A DNA stretch of 64,000 nt. It comes from an uncultured virus (IMG/VR IMGVR_UViG_3300037067_013436) (lineage: Duplodnaviria > Heunggongvirae > Uroviricota > Caudoviricetes). Shown here one piece after another: positions 47,315 through 59,121 of this stretch (the stretch's first letter is position 1; each line of letters begins with the position of its first letter). Under the pieces are notes generated by a model. That model saw nothing but the letters and a program-made list of their open reading frames with translations, did not search any database and had not been told where the DNA came from. The stretch is from the IMG/VR virus record IMGVR_UViG_3300037067_013436; one strand, written 5' to 3'. The position numbers and the translations under genes are program-made.

Positions 47315-47605
47315 CTAGATTTGCTGTAGTCTATCTACCAGCTTTAATTTTCTCTCTTCTAAACGTCTCAATATCTCGCCAGCTATAGCCTCATCATCGC
47401 CACCAAATGGATTATCTGGTGCCGACTTGACTGCGGCGAGAGCTTTATCAATCCACGCGGCTGACTCTTTCGCTATCTGAGTCAGTTTATTCGGAGTTGT
47501 TATCGCTTCGAAGACGTCTTTTGGACCGCCGTTCGGCGGTACTATAATTGAAGACATGCGATGGCATATGAGCTTTCGCACGTTTGGCCCAATTACTTTA
47601 CCCAT
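47315..47605 (-). CDS. Hypothetical protein
   Basis: GGAGG RBS. Confidence 0.65.
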   Translation of the reverse strand: MGKVIGPNVRKLICHRMSSIIVPPNGGPKDVFEAITTPNKLTQIAKESAAWIDKALAAVKSAPDNPFGGDDEAIAGEILRRLEERKLKLVDRLQQI

Positions 47606-47696
47606 TCCGGCCTCCGCGATATCTACACAAAGTTATTGGTGTCCCAGATTTGTCTTGGTTTCTATCAACGCCGCAAAAATAAGAGGGTGACCGCAT

Positions 47697-47975
47697 ATGA
47701 ATACAATATATGACACCAGGATAAATTATGCCAGCGGTGGGGTTGTATGGACTTTCGACATGCCATTCGAACATCCTCCAGTGGTGTGTATAGGAGTGCA
47801 GCTAAATAACCTGCCTGACAGCATATATCCCATATCGCACAAAATTGTTAGTTTGACAGCAACATCGGTGACGATCAAGGTCTATAAGGTTGAATTGACG
47901 GATCTTAGAGACCTTCTCTTTAGTGAGTGTGCGACCAATGATGTCGTCGTTCACATAACGGCTGAGGGAGAATAA
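47697..47975 (+). CDS. Small beta-sandwich protein (H-type-lectin/gp53-like), homologous to an internal domain of the baseplate protein
   Basis: F..PP.V.IGVQL.NLPDSIY...S.TIKVYK...FSEC.T.DVVV; GAGGGTGA RBS. Confidence 0.6.
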   Translation: MNTIYDTRINYASGGVVWTFDMPFEHPPVVCIGVQLNNLPDSIYPISHKIVSLTATSVTIKVYKVELTDLRDLLFSECATNDVVVHITAEGE

Positions 47976-50900
47976 TGTTAAGTAATACTGACAGGTTGGT
48001 CACAAAAGCAGCCGCCGACTACACTATAAGAGTAGGCGCAACCGATTCTGAATATACGTCAATTCAAGAAGCTATCAACCATGCGGTCGATAAAGACGTC
48101 ATCTTTGTCAAGCCGGGTGTGTATAATGAAAATCTGGTAGTCAACAAACTACTAACGATTTATGCAGAAGATAGCGACAACACGACCATCACTGGCGATG
48201 GCGTAACTCCTGCTGTCCATATCACCGCCCCAGGTGGAGCATTCAAGCAGTTCGGTATCACCGCCTTATCGAATAACCAGACAGGCATCTTTTTAGATAA
48301 TTCGGCCAGTATTGATTCATTCCTTATCGAAGGATGCGCGTGCTTTGGGAATAAGAACGGCATCGAGCTAAACAACAGCAAGAACAACAATATTGGCAAC
48401 AACGTATTAACTGGCAATCGACAGTTCGGTATCTTGTTGCGTGACGGATCAGACAACAATACTGTAAGTGCTAATATTGCAACTGGCAACGCTGACGGTA
48501 TCGGAGTCAATAATTCGACCGGCAATGTCGGTGAAGAGAATAACGTCACTGGAAACGTCAACACCGGTTATTCCTTTGTATATGCTTCTGGGAACAACTT
48601 CTCGGAATGCACAACAAAGTCGAATAATATCGGCATGTACTTCCAGAACTCAACGAACAATAGATTCCACTATAACGAAGTAGTCGACAACCTCGACGCG
48701 ATCAAAATGGTTGCTTCTTCATCCAATACGGTGGAGAGCAACACGATTCTTGAGCGGACTGTAGGATCATCGATTACTCTTGATGCCGACTGCAGCAGCA
48801 ATAGAATAAATCATAATACTTATCGTATCCCGGCTATTGATCTCGGGACAGATAACGTTTTTGTCAACAACCATTCTCTTTCGCCATCATTGCAATACGA
48901 CGTAGCGACTGTCCGATACGTCAACAGCATGATCCAGCCAGGCGGTGAGAGTAGCGACGTTGTTTGTGGTGTACTTCGCGCTATCAACGGTGCGACTCTC
49001 AAGTGGAAGTTTTACTCATCTAACCATATCAGGTTATATAATACTGACGTTTCAGCTTGGGAGATAATCGAAGTCGGTACAGAACCGACAGCCGCAAACA
49101 CAGACCAGGACATGTGTGGTGATGTCCTTGCGGCAGATCTCGTTTATGACGTTTTCGCCGTCTATAACTCGACGCTGACTTCATTTGACATCACGTTTGC
49201 ACCATGGAAGATCGTGTCGACTGATGGAGCCAATAATCCAGGGACAACAACATGCACGACAACGATGACGTCGGATGTCACACCTGTGCCAGAGGTTGTG
49301 AGTGCAAGTAGTGAATTATATGGTGCGTGGAATGCTTTCAGCGACGATCCAGTACGATATTGGTCGTCTACACCGACGCCGCTAGCTACGTCCGCATTCA
49401 TTAAATATGACTTCAACGTTCCAACAATCGTCAATAAGTATGCATTGAAGTCAAACCAGAACATCGCATTCCCGACTACTTTTTCACTTGCTGGATCAAA
49501 TAACGACATCGATTATACGTTATTGGATTCGCGAACGGGCATTGTCGGTCCTGGCGACGACGCATGGACGACGTATTACACATTCAATAACGGTACGGCT
49601 TATCGTTATTATAAGCTAGTAACGAATTGCCCTGCTGATGCTGGCTACGGTGCGATGTATGTCGAGCTAACTGCGGTTAAGTTGGTTCGAGGTCTACCAT
49701 CGAATTCCAGAGCTAATTATTGGATCACCGGAACAAATTATCGCGTCGGCGATCGTGTCATTCACGGTGACGCCTACATCTGCTTGGTAGCTCATACCGC
49801 TGATGATTTCGCTACTGATTTAGCCAGCGGTAGATGGGTTCTTGGCGATCCTTGTGGGCTTGGTATCTTCGAAGGCGTACCGGTTTATGCAGATTCAGGC
49901 GTATATCGCAGCTATCGATGGCTCGGTATGGTATCACTCTACACGCAAGGAGGCGCAGCAAATTTCAGCAACTCGCTGATAAGCAACTTCTACAACCCAA
50001 TTGATAGAAATAAAGAGAATGGAGATGTTGTAGTCGAGACTGGTGCTCTCGGCAATGTGGTGCTCGGCACGATCGATTTTCCACGTGGCGATGGTCTTCC
50101 AGGCCAAGTCCTTGAGACTGATGGTGCTGGGCATTTAAATTGGGTTAATAACGGTGCTGACTTACTAAGCACCGACGTTGTTGGCGGCAACTTACATGTT
50201 GCTAGCCCAACTAACCTGACATGGAACTACGTAGAATCCAATGAGATTCGGTTGTTCAATGGTTCTATAAATTCATGGCAGACTGTACGATGTGCAACGC
50301 CACCATCTGCATCGAACATCGTTAACGATATGGACGCGACCCCATTGATGTCGCATAGAGTTTATGACGTCTTTGGTTTCTTCCGCACCGATACGGTTTT
50401 TGAATTAGAATTCGCTCCTTGGAAGTTTGTTCCATCGGACGGTATATACAATCCCGGTACGACCACGTGCACGGCGAAGATGACTGGCTTCAATTCGCCG
50501 ACGCCAAATGCTATAATCACAAGCTCAACCGGCGTTACATATGCCGATATTGACAACACTTATTATTATGGTTGGTATGCATTTAGCCAGTTAAATAATA
50601 ACGTCGGTTGGGCAGTTCAAATTGGCGGTTATTCGTACACGCCCGGTGATCCGTTCCAACAGCCTATGTGGATCACCTACGATTTTGGGCCAACCACCAA
50701 GAAGGTCATCAACAAGTACGCTTGGAAAGCGAAAAAATACTATCCATCGTTGCCGAGAGACTGGACGGTATCTGGATCGAACGACAATGTTAACTGGTCA
50801 ATACTCGATACGAAAGTTGGTATTGATCCGCCACCGGGCATTGGCATATGGTCGCAATACTTCACGTTCAATAATGCGATCGCCTATAGGTTCTATCGTA

Positions 50901-53900
50901 TCGATGTCACGGCGTGCACATATCCATGGCAATGCTCATATTGGTATGTGTATTATCTAGCTACGATTGGCGAGATCGTGTTGATCGAGTCGAATGCTGT
51001 AGCAGAAAGCCGTATCGATACTTGGTTGTCCGGCGTGCATTATGGTGTTGGTACGAGAGTATCACACTCATATGTTTATGCTTGTGTTAGCAGCCACGTG
51101 TCATACGATTTTGATACCGATCTGGCAGCCGGTCGATGGATTCAGGTCGATTCGGACGGTCTTGCGACTTTAGATGGCGTTCCTGTTTATGTGCCATCTG
51201 GTGATTACAAGGGACATCGCTGGCTCGGCACTATCGTCATGGACGATAACGCTGGGACGCCGGTTTATAATCCTGACCGTTTGACGAATTTTTATAATCT
51301 TATTGAGCGGCGCAGAGATGGTGAGCAGGTAACAATCAGCGGCGAGCAAGTTGGAATCGGTTTGTATAATCCAACGGCTCGTCTGCACATCAAAGCAGGT
51401 GAGGCAGCACCGGGCGGGGCACCTCTCAAGTTAACGACTGGCGATGTGCTAGCTGTTCCGGAGCCAGGAGCAGTCGAGTTCATTAGAGACGACGTTTATT
51501 TCACCATTACTACAGATGGAGCTAGAAAAGGCTTCGTGTTGAATGATGGTACTCGTCTTACTCCAAACAGAATACCGTTTGCTGGAACACGTGGTCGCCT
51601 AGTTGACAGCACAGGGCTATCATATAGTGCTGCTGATGGGCTACAAGTCAACGGTGTCCACTCCCAAACGGATCAAGACTTGTTACTTGATGCTTGGGGT
51701 ACTAACAAGCATGTCATCATTAGCAATCTGAGATTCCCGAACACTGACGGTACTACAGGTCAAGTGTTGGTGACTGATGGCTTGCGGCATCTGTCGTGGT
51801 CGTCAAATGGCGTATTCGGTGCAACTGGACCCATTGGACTTACTGGTGCTACTGGTCCTTCTGGCGGACCAGTTGGTGCTACTGGTTCAACTGGACCGGT
51901 CGGTTCGGTTGGCCCAATCGGGCCTCGTGGTGCCACTGGTTTAGGTGCTACTGGCTCTACTGGTCCGGTTGGAGCGTCCGGGCCTGCCGGTGGACCGATT
52001 GGAGCAACCGGTGAAGCTGGTCCAGTTGGTGCTACCGGTTTCACAGGACCGAGAGGTTCTACTGGTATCGGCGACATTGGCTCAACTGGAGCAACTGGTG
52101 TTCCAGGTTCTACTGGTCCTTCTGGCGGTCCTGTTGGTGCAACTGGAGCAACAGGTTTCACCGGCGAAACTGGTGCTACTGGACCTGCTGGTGGTCCTAC
52201 TGGAGCAACTGGAGCAACTGGTATTGGTCTAACAGGCTCCACAGGTGCATACGGCTCTACTGGTGCAACTGGTCTTTCCGGTGCTACTGGTCCTGGTGGA
52301 GGACCGACCGGTGCGACCGGTCCTACTGGCGCAATCGGTGCGACCGGTATGGGTGCCTCAGGTTCGGGTGCTGAAGGTGCTACTGGTCCAGCAGGACAGC
52401 CTGGTGCTACTGGTCCAAGTGGTGGCGAACCAGGTGCAACTGGCACACATGGTGCGACAGGTGCAACTGGCTGGACCGGCTTTACAGGTGCGACTGGTGC
52501 GACTGGTATAGGTATCACTGGTTTACCAGGTGCCAGCGGTGCAATAGGTGCAACAGGCACACATGGGTCTACTGGCCCTTCTGGTGGTCCAATTGGTGCA
52601 ACCGGTACACAAGGGTCAAGCGGTATCAGTGGCTCAACCGGTTATTCTGGTGCTACTGGTGCCACAGGCGTGAGCGTCACTGGTCCTCCTGGTGCTACTG
52701 GTCCTTCTGGCGGTCCTGTTGGTGCGACAGGTGCAACCGGAACTGCTGGCGGTACCGGTGCCACGGGCTGGGGTGGTGCCACAGGCACAAGAGGTGCAAC
52801 AGGTGCGATTGGCCTGACCGGTTCTACTGGCCTTTCTGGCGCTAGTGGCATTGGTGCAACAGGTCCACTTGGCCCTATTGGTTCATCTGGTGCGACGGGC
52901 TTCATTGGTGCTACTGGTCTTCCTGGTGCATCAGGCCCATATGGTGGCCCAATTGGTGCAACTGGCCCATCTGGTGCTAGCGGTGCTACCGGCTTCGATG
53001 GTGCAACCGGATTCACTGGTGCTACCGGATTAGCTGGTTCAACAGGTGTCGACGGTGCTTCGGGTGCTTCTGGCGCAACAGGTGTTCAGGGAGCAAGCGG
53101 TACTCAAGGAGCAAGTGGCTTAGCTGGTGCTACGGGCATCGGGGCTTCTGGTGCAACAGGTATTGATGGGGCGACAGGCTCAACTGGTCCTATTGGCTTG
53201 ACTGGAGCAACAGGTATCGACGGAGCTAGCGGCGCTTCTGGAGCTACAGGCGTTCAAGGAGCAAGCGGCATTGGTGCTTCAGGCGTTCAAGGCGCATCAG
53301 GCTTGACCGGATATACCGGTCTTACTGGCTCAACCGGACCACAAGGCGCTACTGGTGCTGGCCTCACTGGTGCTACAGGTATCGACGGTGCATCTGGTGC
53401 GACTGGGGTACAAGGATCAACAGGCCCGCAGGGTGCGACTGGACCTGGTGCTTCAGGTGCAACTGGTATTGGTGCTTCTGGTGCGACAGGCTACACTGGT
53501 TTTCAAGGCGACCCAGGCCCTCAAGGTGCTAGCGGTGCAACAGGCGTCCAAGGTGCTTCTGGTATTGGTGCCACTGGTCTTGAGGGAGCGTCTGGTGCTT
53601 CCGGCGCAACTGGTGTTCAAGGAGCAAGTGGTGCTGAAGGTGCTACAGGGGCAGGAGCCACTGGAGTAGACGGAGCTTCTGGTGCTACAGGCATCGGAGC
53701 TACTGGTCCTCAAGGTGCGACTGGACCAGGAGCTACAGGCATTGATGGTGCCTCTGGTGCAACAGGCGCAGATGGAGCGACCGGCCCTCAAGGTTCGACA
53801 GGACCAGAGGGAGCAACTGGACCCGGAGCTACTGGTATTGATGGGGCTTCTGGTGCCACTGGCGTGCAAGGCGCTTCTGGTATCTCTGGTGCATCTGGTA

Positions 53901-55825
53901 CTATTGGAGTTGACGGTGCATCTGGACCAACTGGTTCTACTGGCCCGATCGGTGCGACCGGCATTGGGGCTTCTGGTGCTACTGGCTTTGAGGGAGCATC
54001 TGGCGTTGTCGGTGCTTCAGGCCCTCAAGGTGCTACCGGTATTGATGGTGCAACCGGCCCTGTTGGTGCTTCCGGTGCTATCGGGGTTATCGGCACGCCG
54101 ACTATTGGTGATTACACTAGTGGTCTATTTCCGTGGACGCCGACAACACTTATAGCAGATGCCGAACAGTCTGTGAATGAATTCATGGCAGCACTAGCAC
54201 CACCATTAGCACCGGAGTTCAGCATGTATGACGGCACGCAGCTTGGTGTTACCGGCAAGATGAGCTATGATGCTTCGCATATCATAACTGACATCTACGG
54301 TGTTGACGGCATCGGCAATCTCACCGCCGTAAATGTTGATGAAGCCTTCACAGCAGCGGCATTGACTGGAATGCGAAGAGGCATATTCAGTGCTTCTACA
54401 ACAACCTTTACTGGCAAGCTTGCTTCCAATGTTCAGCAAGGCACTGGTGATCCGACACCGGCATATCCGGCTTACGCTTTCAAGGATGGCGATGAAGGCA
54501 CGTTGGATCTATACATCAACACCGACGCTGCTCCAACTTATAGCCTCGACCTCGCTGCCAACCAAGGCTCTGGCACTTATGTTAATGGCGATGGCAGTGG
54601 ATTTGTGCTGACTGCTGTTACGAGCGAGAAATTCCCGAACGGGACTGACTTCACACTATTCAAGTACCGCACTGGCACGTGGGTCGTCGGCGGTAACGAT
54701 TTGCGAGAAGGTTGGAACTACATTCGCATCACCCACACTGTCGGCACCAGCAGGCCAGTAGTCAACCTTTATCTCGACTTCGTTCGTGATTTGAATACGA
54801 CTGCTACAGCTTTCAGCAGCGAATCGATGTCGGGATTCAGCGGAACAGGCAGTAAGTACCTGTCAGGCGTTGAATTCTACACTGGTGGGTCTGCCACCTA
54901 CAACAACACCGTTGATAACCTCTACCGGAACACGTATTATTCTGGTAGCGATGCATTGGCTTACACGGTCACTAATGCCCAAGCGATTGCCAGCGATACT
55001 TTGGCTACCGGTGCTGGTGATGAAGCCAAACAAGTTGTTATTAGTAAGACTGCTCATCTCATTGCTTCTGGTACACGATTGATTAGCCAGTCTATGACCG
55101 TGAGAACTGTTGCTAAACGGACGGTCCAGACACAACAAACTTCAACCGGCGCATCAATCAGCGGAATCTTGTTGGATAACGTAGCAGCAACATCAACTAT
55201 CACCTTGGAGGGATTTGATGATGAGAACTACCGGTTACCGTCCGGCAGTGATTTTGATTCTTCCAGCACGGCTGTAACTGGCTCTTGGGATTCCACAATT
55301 TCGCTGGTTGATAGTGGATCTTATCCCGATGGTTTGCAAGAGATAACTAGCCAACTAGTTTATCCGGTGGCGGATTACTCAATCATCCCGAATGGTCCGC
55401 CGTCGAACGTCAATTACTCAACAGGAGTGAGTGGCGCTAGGACATATTACCGATTCTTCGATATGTCGCCAACTGGTCGATCCAATTTCATGATCTCTGT
55501 GAATGGAGCTGGCACGATCAGAGCTAATAGCTACAGCATGACTAATGGCTCTGATGATCTGAAAGTCGATATCAAGCTGCCCAATGGCAGTGCGGAAGGT
55601 ACTGGCTGGTTAGATGTGACAGCATTATTTATCAGTGGAAACTGGGCTGACGGCGATGGATGTTTGTTGGGTGGAACGTTTGCAATGAATACGCCATTGC
55701 AAGCACTCACTGTTGGCACGAAAAATACAGCGGCGACATCGGTTAATGGCAAGGTCTTTATTCGAATTCGAGTGCCACAGGCGTGGACCGGGAATTTGAC
55801 GAGCATCACTTTCGCTGGAGTTTAA
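47975..55825 (+). CDS. Giant fibre protein (2616 aa): NosD/pectate-lyase-like beta-helix, two discoidin (F5/8C)+CBM5/12-like modules, ~750-aa collagen-like region, C-terminal domain
   Basis: [22 protein letters not shown] with Asn-rich beta-helix repeats; W..YDF....VNKY...P..W..SGSND...W..LD...YRYYK; G-X-Y run ~51820-54090. Confidence 0.8.
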   Translation: MLSNTDRLVTKAAADYTIRVGATDSEYTSIQEAINHAVDKDVIFVKPGVYNENLVVNKLLTIYAEDSDNTTITGDGVTPAVHITAPGGAFKQFGITALSNNQTGIFLDNSASIDSFLIEGCACFGNKNGIELNNSKNNNIGNNVLTGNRQFGILLRDGSDNNTVSANIATGNADGIGVNNSTGNVGEENNVTGNVNTGYSFVYASGNNFSECTTKSNNIGMYFQNSTNNRFHYNEVVDNLDAIKMVASSSNTVESNTILERTVGSSITLDADCSSNRINHNTYRIPAIDLGTDNVFVNNHSLSPSLQYDVATVRYVNSMIQPGGESSDVVCGVLRAINGATLKWKFYSSNHIRLYNTDVSAWEIIEVGTEPTAANTDQDMCGDVLAADLVYDVFAVYNSTLTSFDITFAPWKIVSTDGANNPGTTTCTTTMTSDVTPVPEVVSASSELYGAWNAFSDDPVRYWSSTPTPLATSAFIKYDFNVPTIVNKYALKSNQNIAFPTTFSLAGSNNDIDYTLLDSRTGIVGPGDDAWTTYYTFNNGTAYRYYKLVTNCPADAGYGAMYVELTAVKLVRGLPSNSRANYWITGTNYRVGDRVIHGDAYICLVAHTADDFATDLASGRWVLGDPCGLGIFEGVPVYADSGVYRSYRWLGMVSLYTQGGAANFSNSLISNFYNPIDRNKENGDVVVETGALGNVVLGTIDFPRGDGLPGQVLETDGAGHLNWVNNGADLLSTDVVGGNLHVASPTNLTWNYVESNEIRLFNGSINSWQTVRCATPPSASNIVNDMDATPLMSHRVYDVFGFFRTDTVFELEFAPWKFVPSDGIYNPGTTTCTAKMTGFNSPTPNAIITSSTGVTYADIDNTYYYGWYAFSQLNNNVGWAVQIGGYSYTPGDPFQQPMWITYDFGPTTKKVINKYAWKAKKYYPSLPRDWTVSGSNDNVNWSILDTKVGIDPPPGIGIWSQYFTFNNAIAYRFYRIDVTACTYPWQCSYWYVYYLATIGEIVLIESNAVAESRIDTWLSGVHYGVGTRVSHSYVYACVSSHVSYDFDTDLAAGRWIQVDSDGLATLDGVPVYVPSGDYKGHRWLGTIVMDDNAGTPVYNPDRLTNFYNLIERRRDGEQVTISGEQVGIGLYNPTARLHIKAGEAAPGGAPLKLTTGDVLAVPEPGAVEFIRDDVYFTITTDGARKGFVLNDGTRLTPNRIPFAGTRGRLVDSTGLSYSAADGLQVNGVHSQTDQDLLLDAWGTNKHVIISNLRFPNTDGTTGQVLVTDGLRHLSWSSNGVFGATGPIGLTGATGPSGGPVGATGSTGPVGSVGPIGPRGATGLGATGSTGPVGASGPAGGPIGATGEAGPVGATGFTGPRGSTGIGDIGSTGATGVPGSTGPSGGPVGATGATGFTGETGATGPAGGPTGATGATGIGLTGSTGAYGSTGATGLSGATGPGGGPTGATGPTGAIGATGMGASGSGAEGATGPAGQPGATGPSGGEPGATGTHGATGATGWTGFTGATGATGIGITGLPGASGAIGATGTHGSTGPSGGPIGATGTQGSSGISGSTGYSGATGATGVSVTGPPGATGPSGGPVGATGATGTAGGTGATGWGGATGTRGATGAIGLTGSTGLSGASGIGATGPLGPIGSSGATGFIGATGLPGASGPYGGPIGATGPSGASGATGFDGATGFTGATGLAGSTGVDGASGASGATGVQGASGTQGASGLAGATGIGASGATGIDGATGSTGPIGLTGATGIDGASGASGATGVQGASGIGASGVQGASGLTGYTGLTGSTGPQGATGAGLTGATGIDGASGATGVQGSTGPQGATGPGASGATGIGASGATGYTGFQGDPGPQGASGATGVQGASGIGATGLEGASGASGATGVQGASGAEGATGAGATGVDGASGATGIGATGPQGATGPGATGIDGASGATGADGATGPQGSTGPEGATGPGATGIDGASGATGVQGASGISGASGTIGVDGASGPTGSTGPIGATGIGASGATGFEGASGVVGASGPQGATGIDGATGPVGASGAIGVIGTPTIGDYTSGLFPWTPTTLIADAEQSVNEFMAALAPPLAPEFSMYDGTQLGVTGKMSYDASHIITDIYGVDGIGNLTAVNVDEAFTAAALTGMRRGIFSASTTTFTGKLASNVQQGTGDPTPAYPAYAFKDGDEGTLDLYINTDAAPTYSLDLAANQGSGTYVNGDGSGFVLTAVTSEKFPNGTDFTLFKYRTGTWVVGGNDLREGWNYIRITHTVGTSRPVVNLYLDFVRDLNTTATAFSSESMSGFSGTGSKYLSGVEFYTGGSATYNNTVDNLYRNTYYSGSDALAYTVTNAQAIASDTLATGAGDEAKQVVISKTAHLIASGTRLISQSMTVRTVAKRTVQTQQTSTGASISGILLDNVAATSTITLEGFDDENYRLPSGSDFDSSSTAVTGSWDSTISLVDSGSYPDGLQEITSQLVYPVADYSIIPNGPPSNVNYSTGVSGARTYYRFFDMSPTGRSNFMISVNGAGTIRANSYSMTNGSDDLKVDIKLPNGSAEGTGWLDVTALFISGNWADGDGCLLGGTFAMNTPLQALTVGTKNTAATSVNGKVFIRIRVPQAWTGNLTSITFAGV

Positions 55826-55826
55826 T

Positions 55827-57320
55827 ATGGCGTTGTCAACCGATACAATGGCCCAGATGGCGTTGAAATTCCTACTCGGGAAGAGCGACACCAATTATGC
55901 ACAAAAGGGTCCGAATAACGAGGCCGAGGCGTATAATCTTATTATCGCTGCATCTAAGGTCTGGGTCGATATTATACCGACTACGCCACCTGCTCACGAT
56001 ACAGCTATAGTTTCATGTCTTGATGGCGGTTCTGGCAACTATGCCAAAGCTGATCTTGTTGCAGATCCAACATCTAACGGCCAGGCATTCTTTGCAGTTT
56101 ATCCCACTGGCCATCCGAATGTTGGCGAACGAGTTAAGAACGCAATCGCACCGAATTATGGCACCGGATATGAAGCACAGTTGTATGCCGGTGCTACATT
56201 AATTGGTGGTGGTGATGCAAGAAATTGGATTTATCAATATGAATCTGGCGTGCTATTCCAGCAGACCGCTAGTGCATCACCAACACCAACAACAATTAAG
56301 CTTTACGTTTATATTGGTGAAACGCTTGCCAGTAAAATCGCTTCAGGTCTATTGACTGGTGCCACAGGAGCTACAGGTGTCGCCGGAGCGACTGGACCTG
56401 TTGGGGCCACAGGTATCGCAGGTGCATCTGGAACGATTGGTCTCGACGGTGCTTCAGGTGCAACTGGTGTTCAGGGCGCTTCAGGCATCGATGGTGCTTC
56501 TGGTTACATTGGCGTCGATGGAGCGTCTGGTGCGACCGGCCCAATAGGTGCCACTGGCTTAGGTGCTTCTGGTGCCACAGGTGCAGACGGTGCCACAGGG
56601 CCGGTTGGTGCTACTGGGCCTATCGGAGCAACCGGTGTTGACGGAGCATCAGGTGCCTCGGGAGCTACAGGAGTTCAAGGTGCCTCTGGCGTAATAGGTG
56701 TTGATGGAGCATCCGGAGCATCAGGAGCCACAGGTGTTCAAGGTGCTAGCGGTATCGGTGCTACCGGTATCGACGGTGCCTCTGGAGCTACCGGAGCAAC
56801 TGGTGTACAGGGTGCATCAGGTCCAACGGGGATTGATGGTGCTTCTGGTGCCACAGGACCAGTAGGTGCTACCGGTGCAGGTGAGCCTGGTGCGACTGGT
56901 TCTATTGGCCCAGATGGTGCATCTGGTGCGACCGGCCCAGTAGGCGCTACCGGTATTGCTGACTTCATTACCGGAACATTTACTAATGACGATCTAGTTG
57001 GTACGATTTTAACGATCACACATACCAGAGGTAATGTAATATTGCCCTTCATAGTAAGCGATGATGACGGCAATAATATAGCATTCGATACGACGGCAGT
57101 CATATTTAGCAACAATCAAATTACTATCGATTTTACTGGCTTTGGGGCGTTGGTTGGGACCTGGAAGTATGCTTTTGGTGGTTCAAGTGCACCGGGTGCA
57201 ACAGGACCCGCTCCATCTGGGTTGAGCGGCACTAAGATTTATTACGTTGCTGATACGAGCGGTGGTTCGCCAACTAGGAAGTTGACTTTCATCAACGGTA
57301 TCTTGGTGTCCGAAACGTAA
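55827..57320 (+). CDS. Collagen-like fibre protein (497 aa)
   Basis: ~200-aa GAT/GAS run flanked by globular domains. Confidence 0.8.
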   Translation: MALSTDTMAQMALKFLLGKSDTNYAQKGPNNEAEAYNLIIAASKVWVDIIPTTPPAHDTAIVSCLDGGSGNYAKADLVADPTSNGQAFFAVYPTGHPNVGERVKNAIAPNYGTGYEAQLYAGATLIGGGDARNWIYQYESGVLFQQTASASPTPTTIKLYVYIGETLASKIASGLLTGATGATGVAGATGPVGATGIAGASGTIGLDGASGATGVQGASGIDGASGYIGVDGASGATGPIGATGLGASGATGADGATGPVGATGPIGATGVDGASGASGATGVQGASGVIGVDGASGASGATGVQGASGIGATGIDGASGATGATGVQGASGPTGIDGASGATGPVGATGAGEPGATGSIGPDGASGATGPVGATGIADFITGTFTNDDLVGTILTITHTRGNVILPFIVSDDDGNNIAFDTTAVIFSNNQITIDFTGFGALVGTWKYAFGGSSAPGATGPAPSGLSGTKIYYVADTSGGSPTRKLTFINGILVSET

Positions 57321-57370
57321 GGGCTAATCCGCAATCAAAAATCTTGTAGCCCCAATAAGAGGACAAGAAC

Positions 57371-58975
57371 ATGAACTTCCTGAAGTATAGAAATATCAAG
57401 CTTGACACCGCACCAACCAACAATCCACCGGCTGGTACGATTTATGAGTGGCACACTACCGTAGGTACGGAGGTGTTTGTCCACTATCGCCTACCAGACG
57501 GAACGGACGTAACCGGCAACATCAGTGGTGCCACCGGTGCGACTGGTGTGCCCGGTGCTACTGGTATTTCTGGGGCCACCGGCGTTGATGGTGCTTCAGG
57601 TGCTACAGGAGCAGACGGAGCCACTGGCTTAACAGGTGCCACTGGTATTTCTGGAGCTACTGGTGTTGACGGAGCTTCAGGAGCCACAGGCGTTCAAGGT
57701 GCTTCTGGTATTGCTGGGGCTACTGGTGTTGACGGAGCTTCAGGTGCGACCGGAGCTGATGGTGCTACGGGCCTAACCGGTGCTACAGGCATCGACGGGG
57801 CAAGTGGTGCATCAGGGGCTACTGGCGTACAGGGTGCTTCTGGTATCGGTGCTACCGGTATCGACGGAGCTTCAGGTGCGACTGGTGCAGATGGAGCCAC
57901 CGGTTTAACTGGAGCTACAGGAATTGATGGGGCTAGCGGTGCTTCAGGCGCAACTGGCGTTCAGGGTGCCTCAGGTATCGCAGGAGCAACCGGTGTTGAC
58001 GGAGCATCAGGTGCGACTGGTGCAGATGGAGCCACCGGTTTAACAGGTGCCACTGGTGTTGATGGAGCATCCGGAGCATCAGGAGCCACAGGTGTTCAAG
58101 GTGCTAGCGGTATCGGTGCTACCGGTATCGACGGTGCCTCTGGAGCTACCGGAGCAGACGGAGCATCTGGTCTTACTGGTGCTACCGGTATTGACGGTGC
58201 TTCTGGTGCTACGGGCGTTCAAGGCGCTTCTGGTATTGGTGCTACAGGCATCGACGGTGCCTCTGGAGCTACCGGAGCAGACGGAGCATCTGGTCTTACT
58301 GGTGCTACCGGTATTGACGGAGCTTCCGGTATCGGTGCGACCGGTATTGACGGAGCCTCTGGTGCTACTGGTGCTCAAGGCTCAACAGGACCTATTGGTG
58401 CAACTGGTGTCACAGAGTACATCGAAGGTACGTTCACCAATGACGATCTGGTTGTCGGGGCAACCGGCCTCTTAACAATCAGCCACACCAAGGGTAATGT
58501 CGCGTTGCCATTCATTATCACCGACAACAATGGTGATAATGTGACGGTTGATTCGACTGCCGTTAGATTCGCCAATAACCAGATCACGGTCGATCTATAC
58601 AATAATGGTGCGATTGCTGGAACCTGGAAGTATGCCTTTGGTGGTTCTTCTGATTCGTACAACATCCAGGGGATTAATCCACAAATAGGTACCACCTACG
58701 AACTAGCCATTGGCGATGCCGGTAAGATGGTCACCCTGACAAATGCTAATCCAATTACTGTTACTATACCAGCCAGTGGTACAGTAGGCTTCTTGCTTGG
58801 TACACGCATTGACCTAGTTCAAGGCGGAGCTGGAAAGGTAACAGTTGCCGGTGCATCTGGCGTCGTCGTTAATTCGAAGGCAAGCAATAAGTCAATAGCT
58901 GCCACTAATGTGGAGGTCACTCTCAAGAAAGAGGCTACCGACACTTGGTATCTGTTCGGTGACTTGATTGCCTAA
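57371..58975 (+). CDS. Collagen-like fibre protein (534 aa) with C-terminal phage fibre domain
   Basis: G-X-Y run; C-terminal [14 protein letters not shown]...ITVTIP...[17 protein letters not shown]...[10 protein letters not shown]. Confidence 0.8.
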   Translation: MNFLKYRNIKLDTAPTNNPPAGTIYEWHTTVGTEVFVHYRLPDGTDVTGNISGATGATGVPGATGISGATGVDGASGATGADGATGLTGATGISGATGVDGASGATGVQGASGIAGATGVDGASGATGADGATGLTGATGIDGASGASGATGVQGASGIGATGIDGASGATGADGATGLTGATGIDGASGASGATGVQGASGIAGATGVDGASGATGADGATGLTGATGVDGASGASGATGVQGASGIGATGIDGASGATGADGASGLTGATGIDGASGATGVQGASGIGATGIDGASGATGADGASGLTGATGIDGASGIGATGIDGASGATGAQGSTGPIGATGVTEYIEGTFTNDDLVVGATGLLTISHTKGNVALPFIITDNNGDNVTVDSTAVRFANNQITVDLYNNGAIAGTWKYAFGGSSDSYNIQGINPQIGTTYELAIGDAGKMVTLTNANPITVTIPASGTVGFLLGTRIDLVQGGAGKVTVAGASGVVVNSKASNKSIAATNVEVTLKKEATDTWYLFGDLIA

Positions 58976-59004
58976 CGCCAAGCGGCGTAAAACTAGATTC
59001 TTAC

Positions 59005-59035
59005 CAGCACGGCCCGCAATTCGCGGGCCGTGCTG
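59005..59035 (+). terminator. Intrinsic terminator-like hairpin
   Basis: Perfect 13-bp GC stem CAGCACGGCCCGC/GCGGGCCGTGCTG followed by TTCTGT. Confidence 0.7.
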
Positions 59036-59121
59036 TTCTGTAAGTACTATAGGAGCATCTGCCTAACGGCGTATCAAACATATGATAGCAGACCTGCATT
59101 AAGCAATAGTAGGTAATAACT

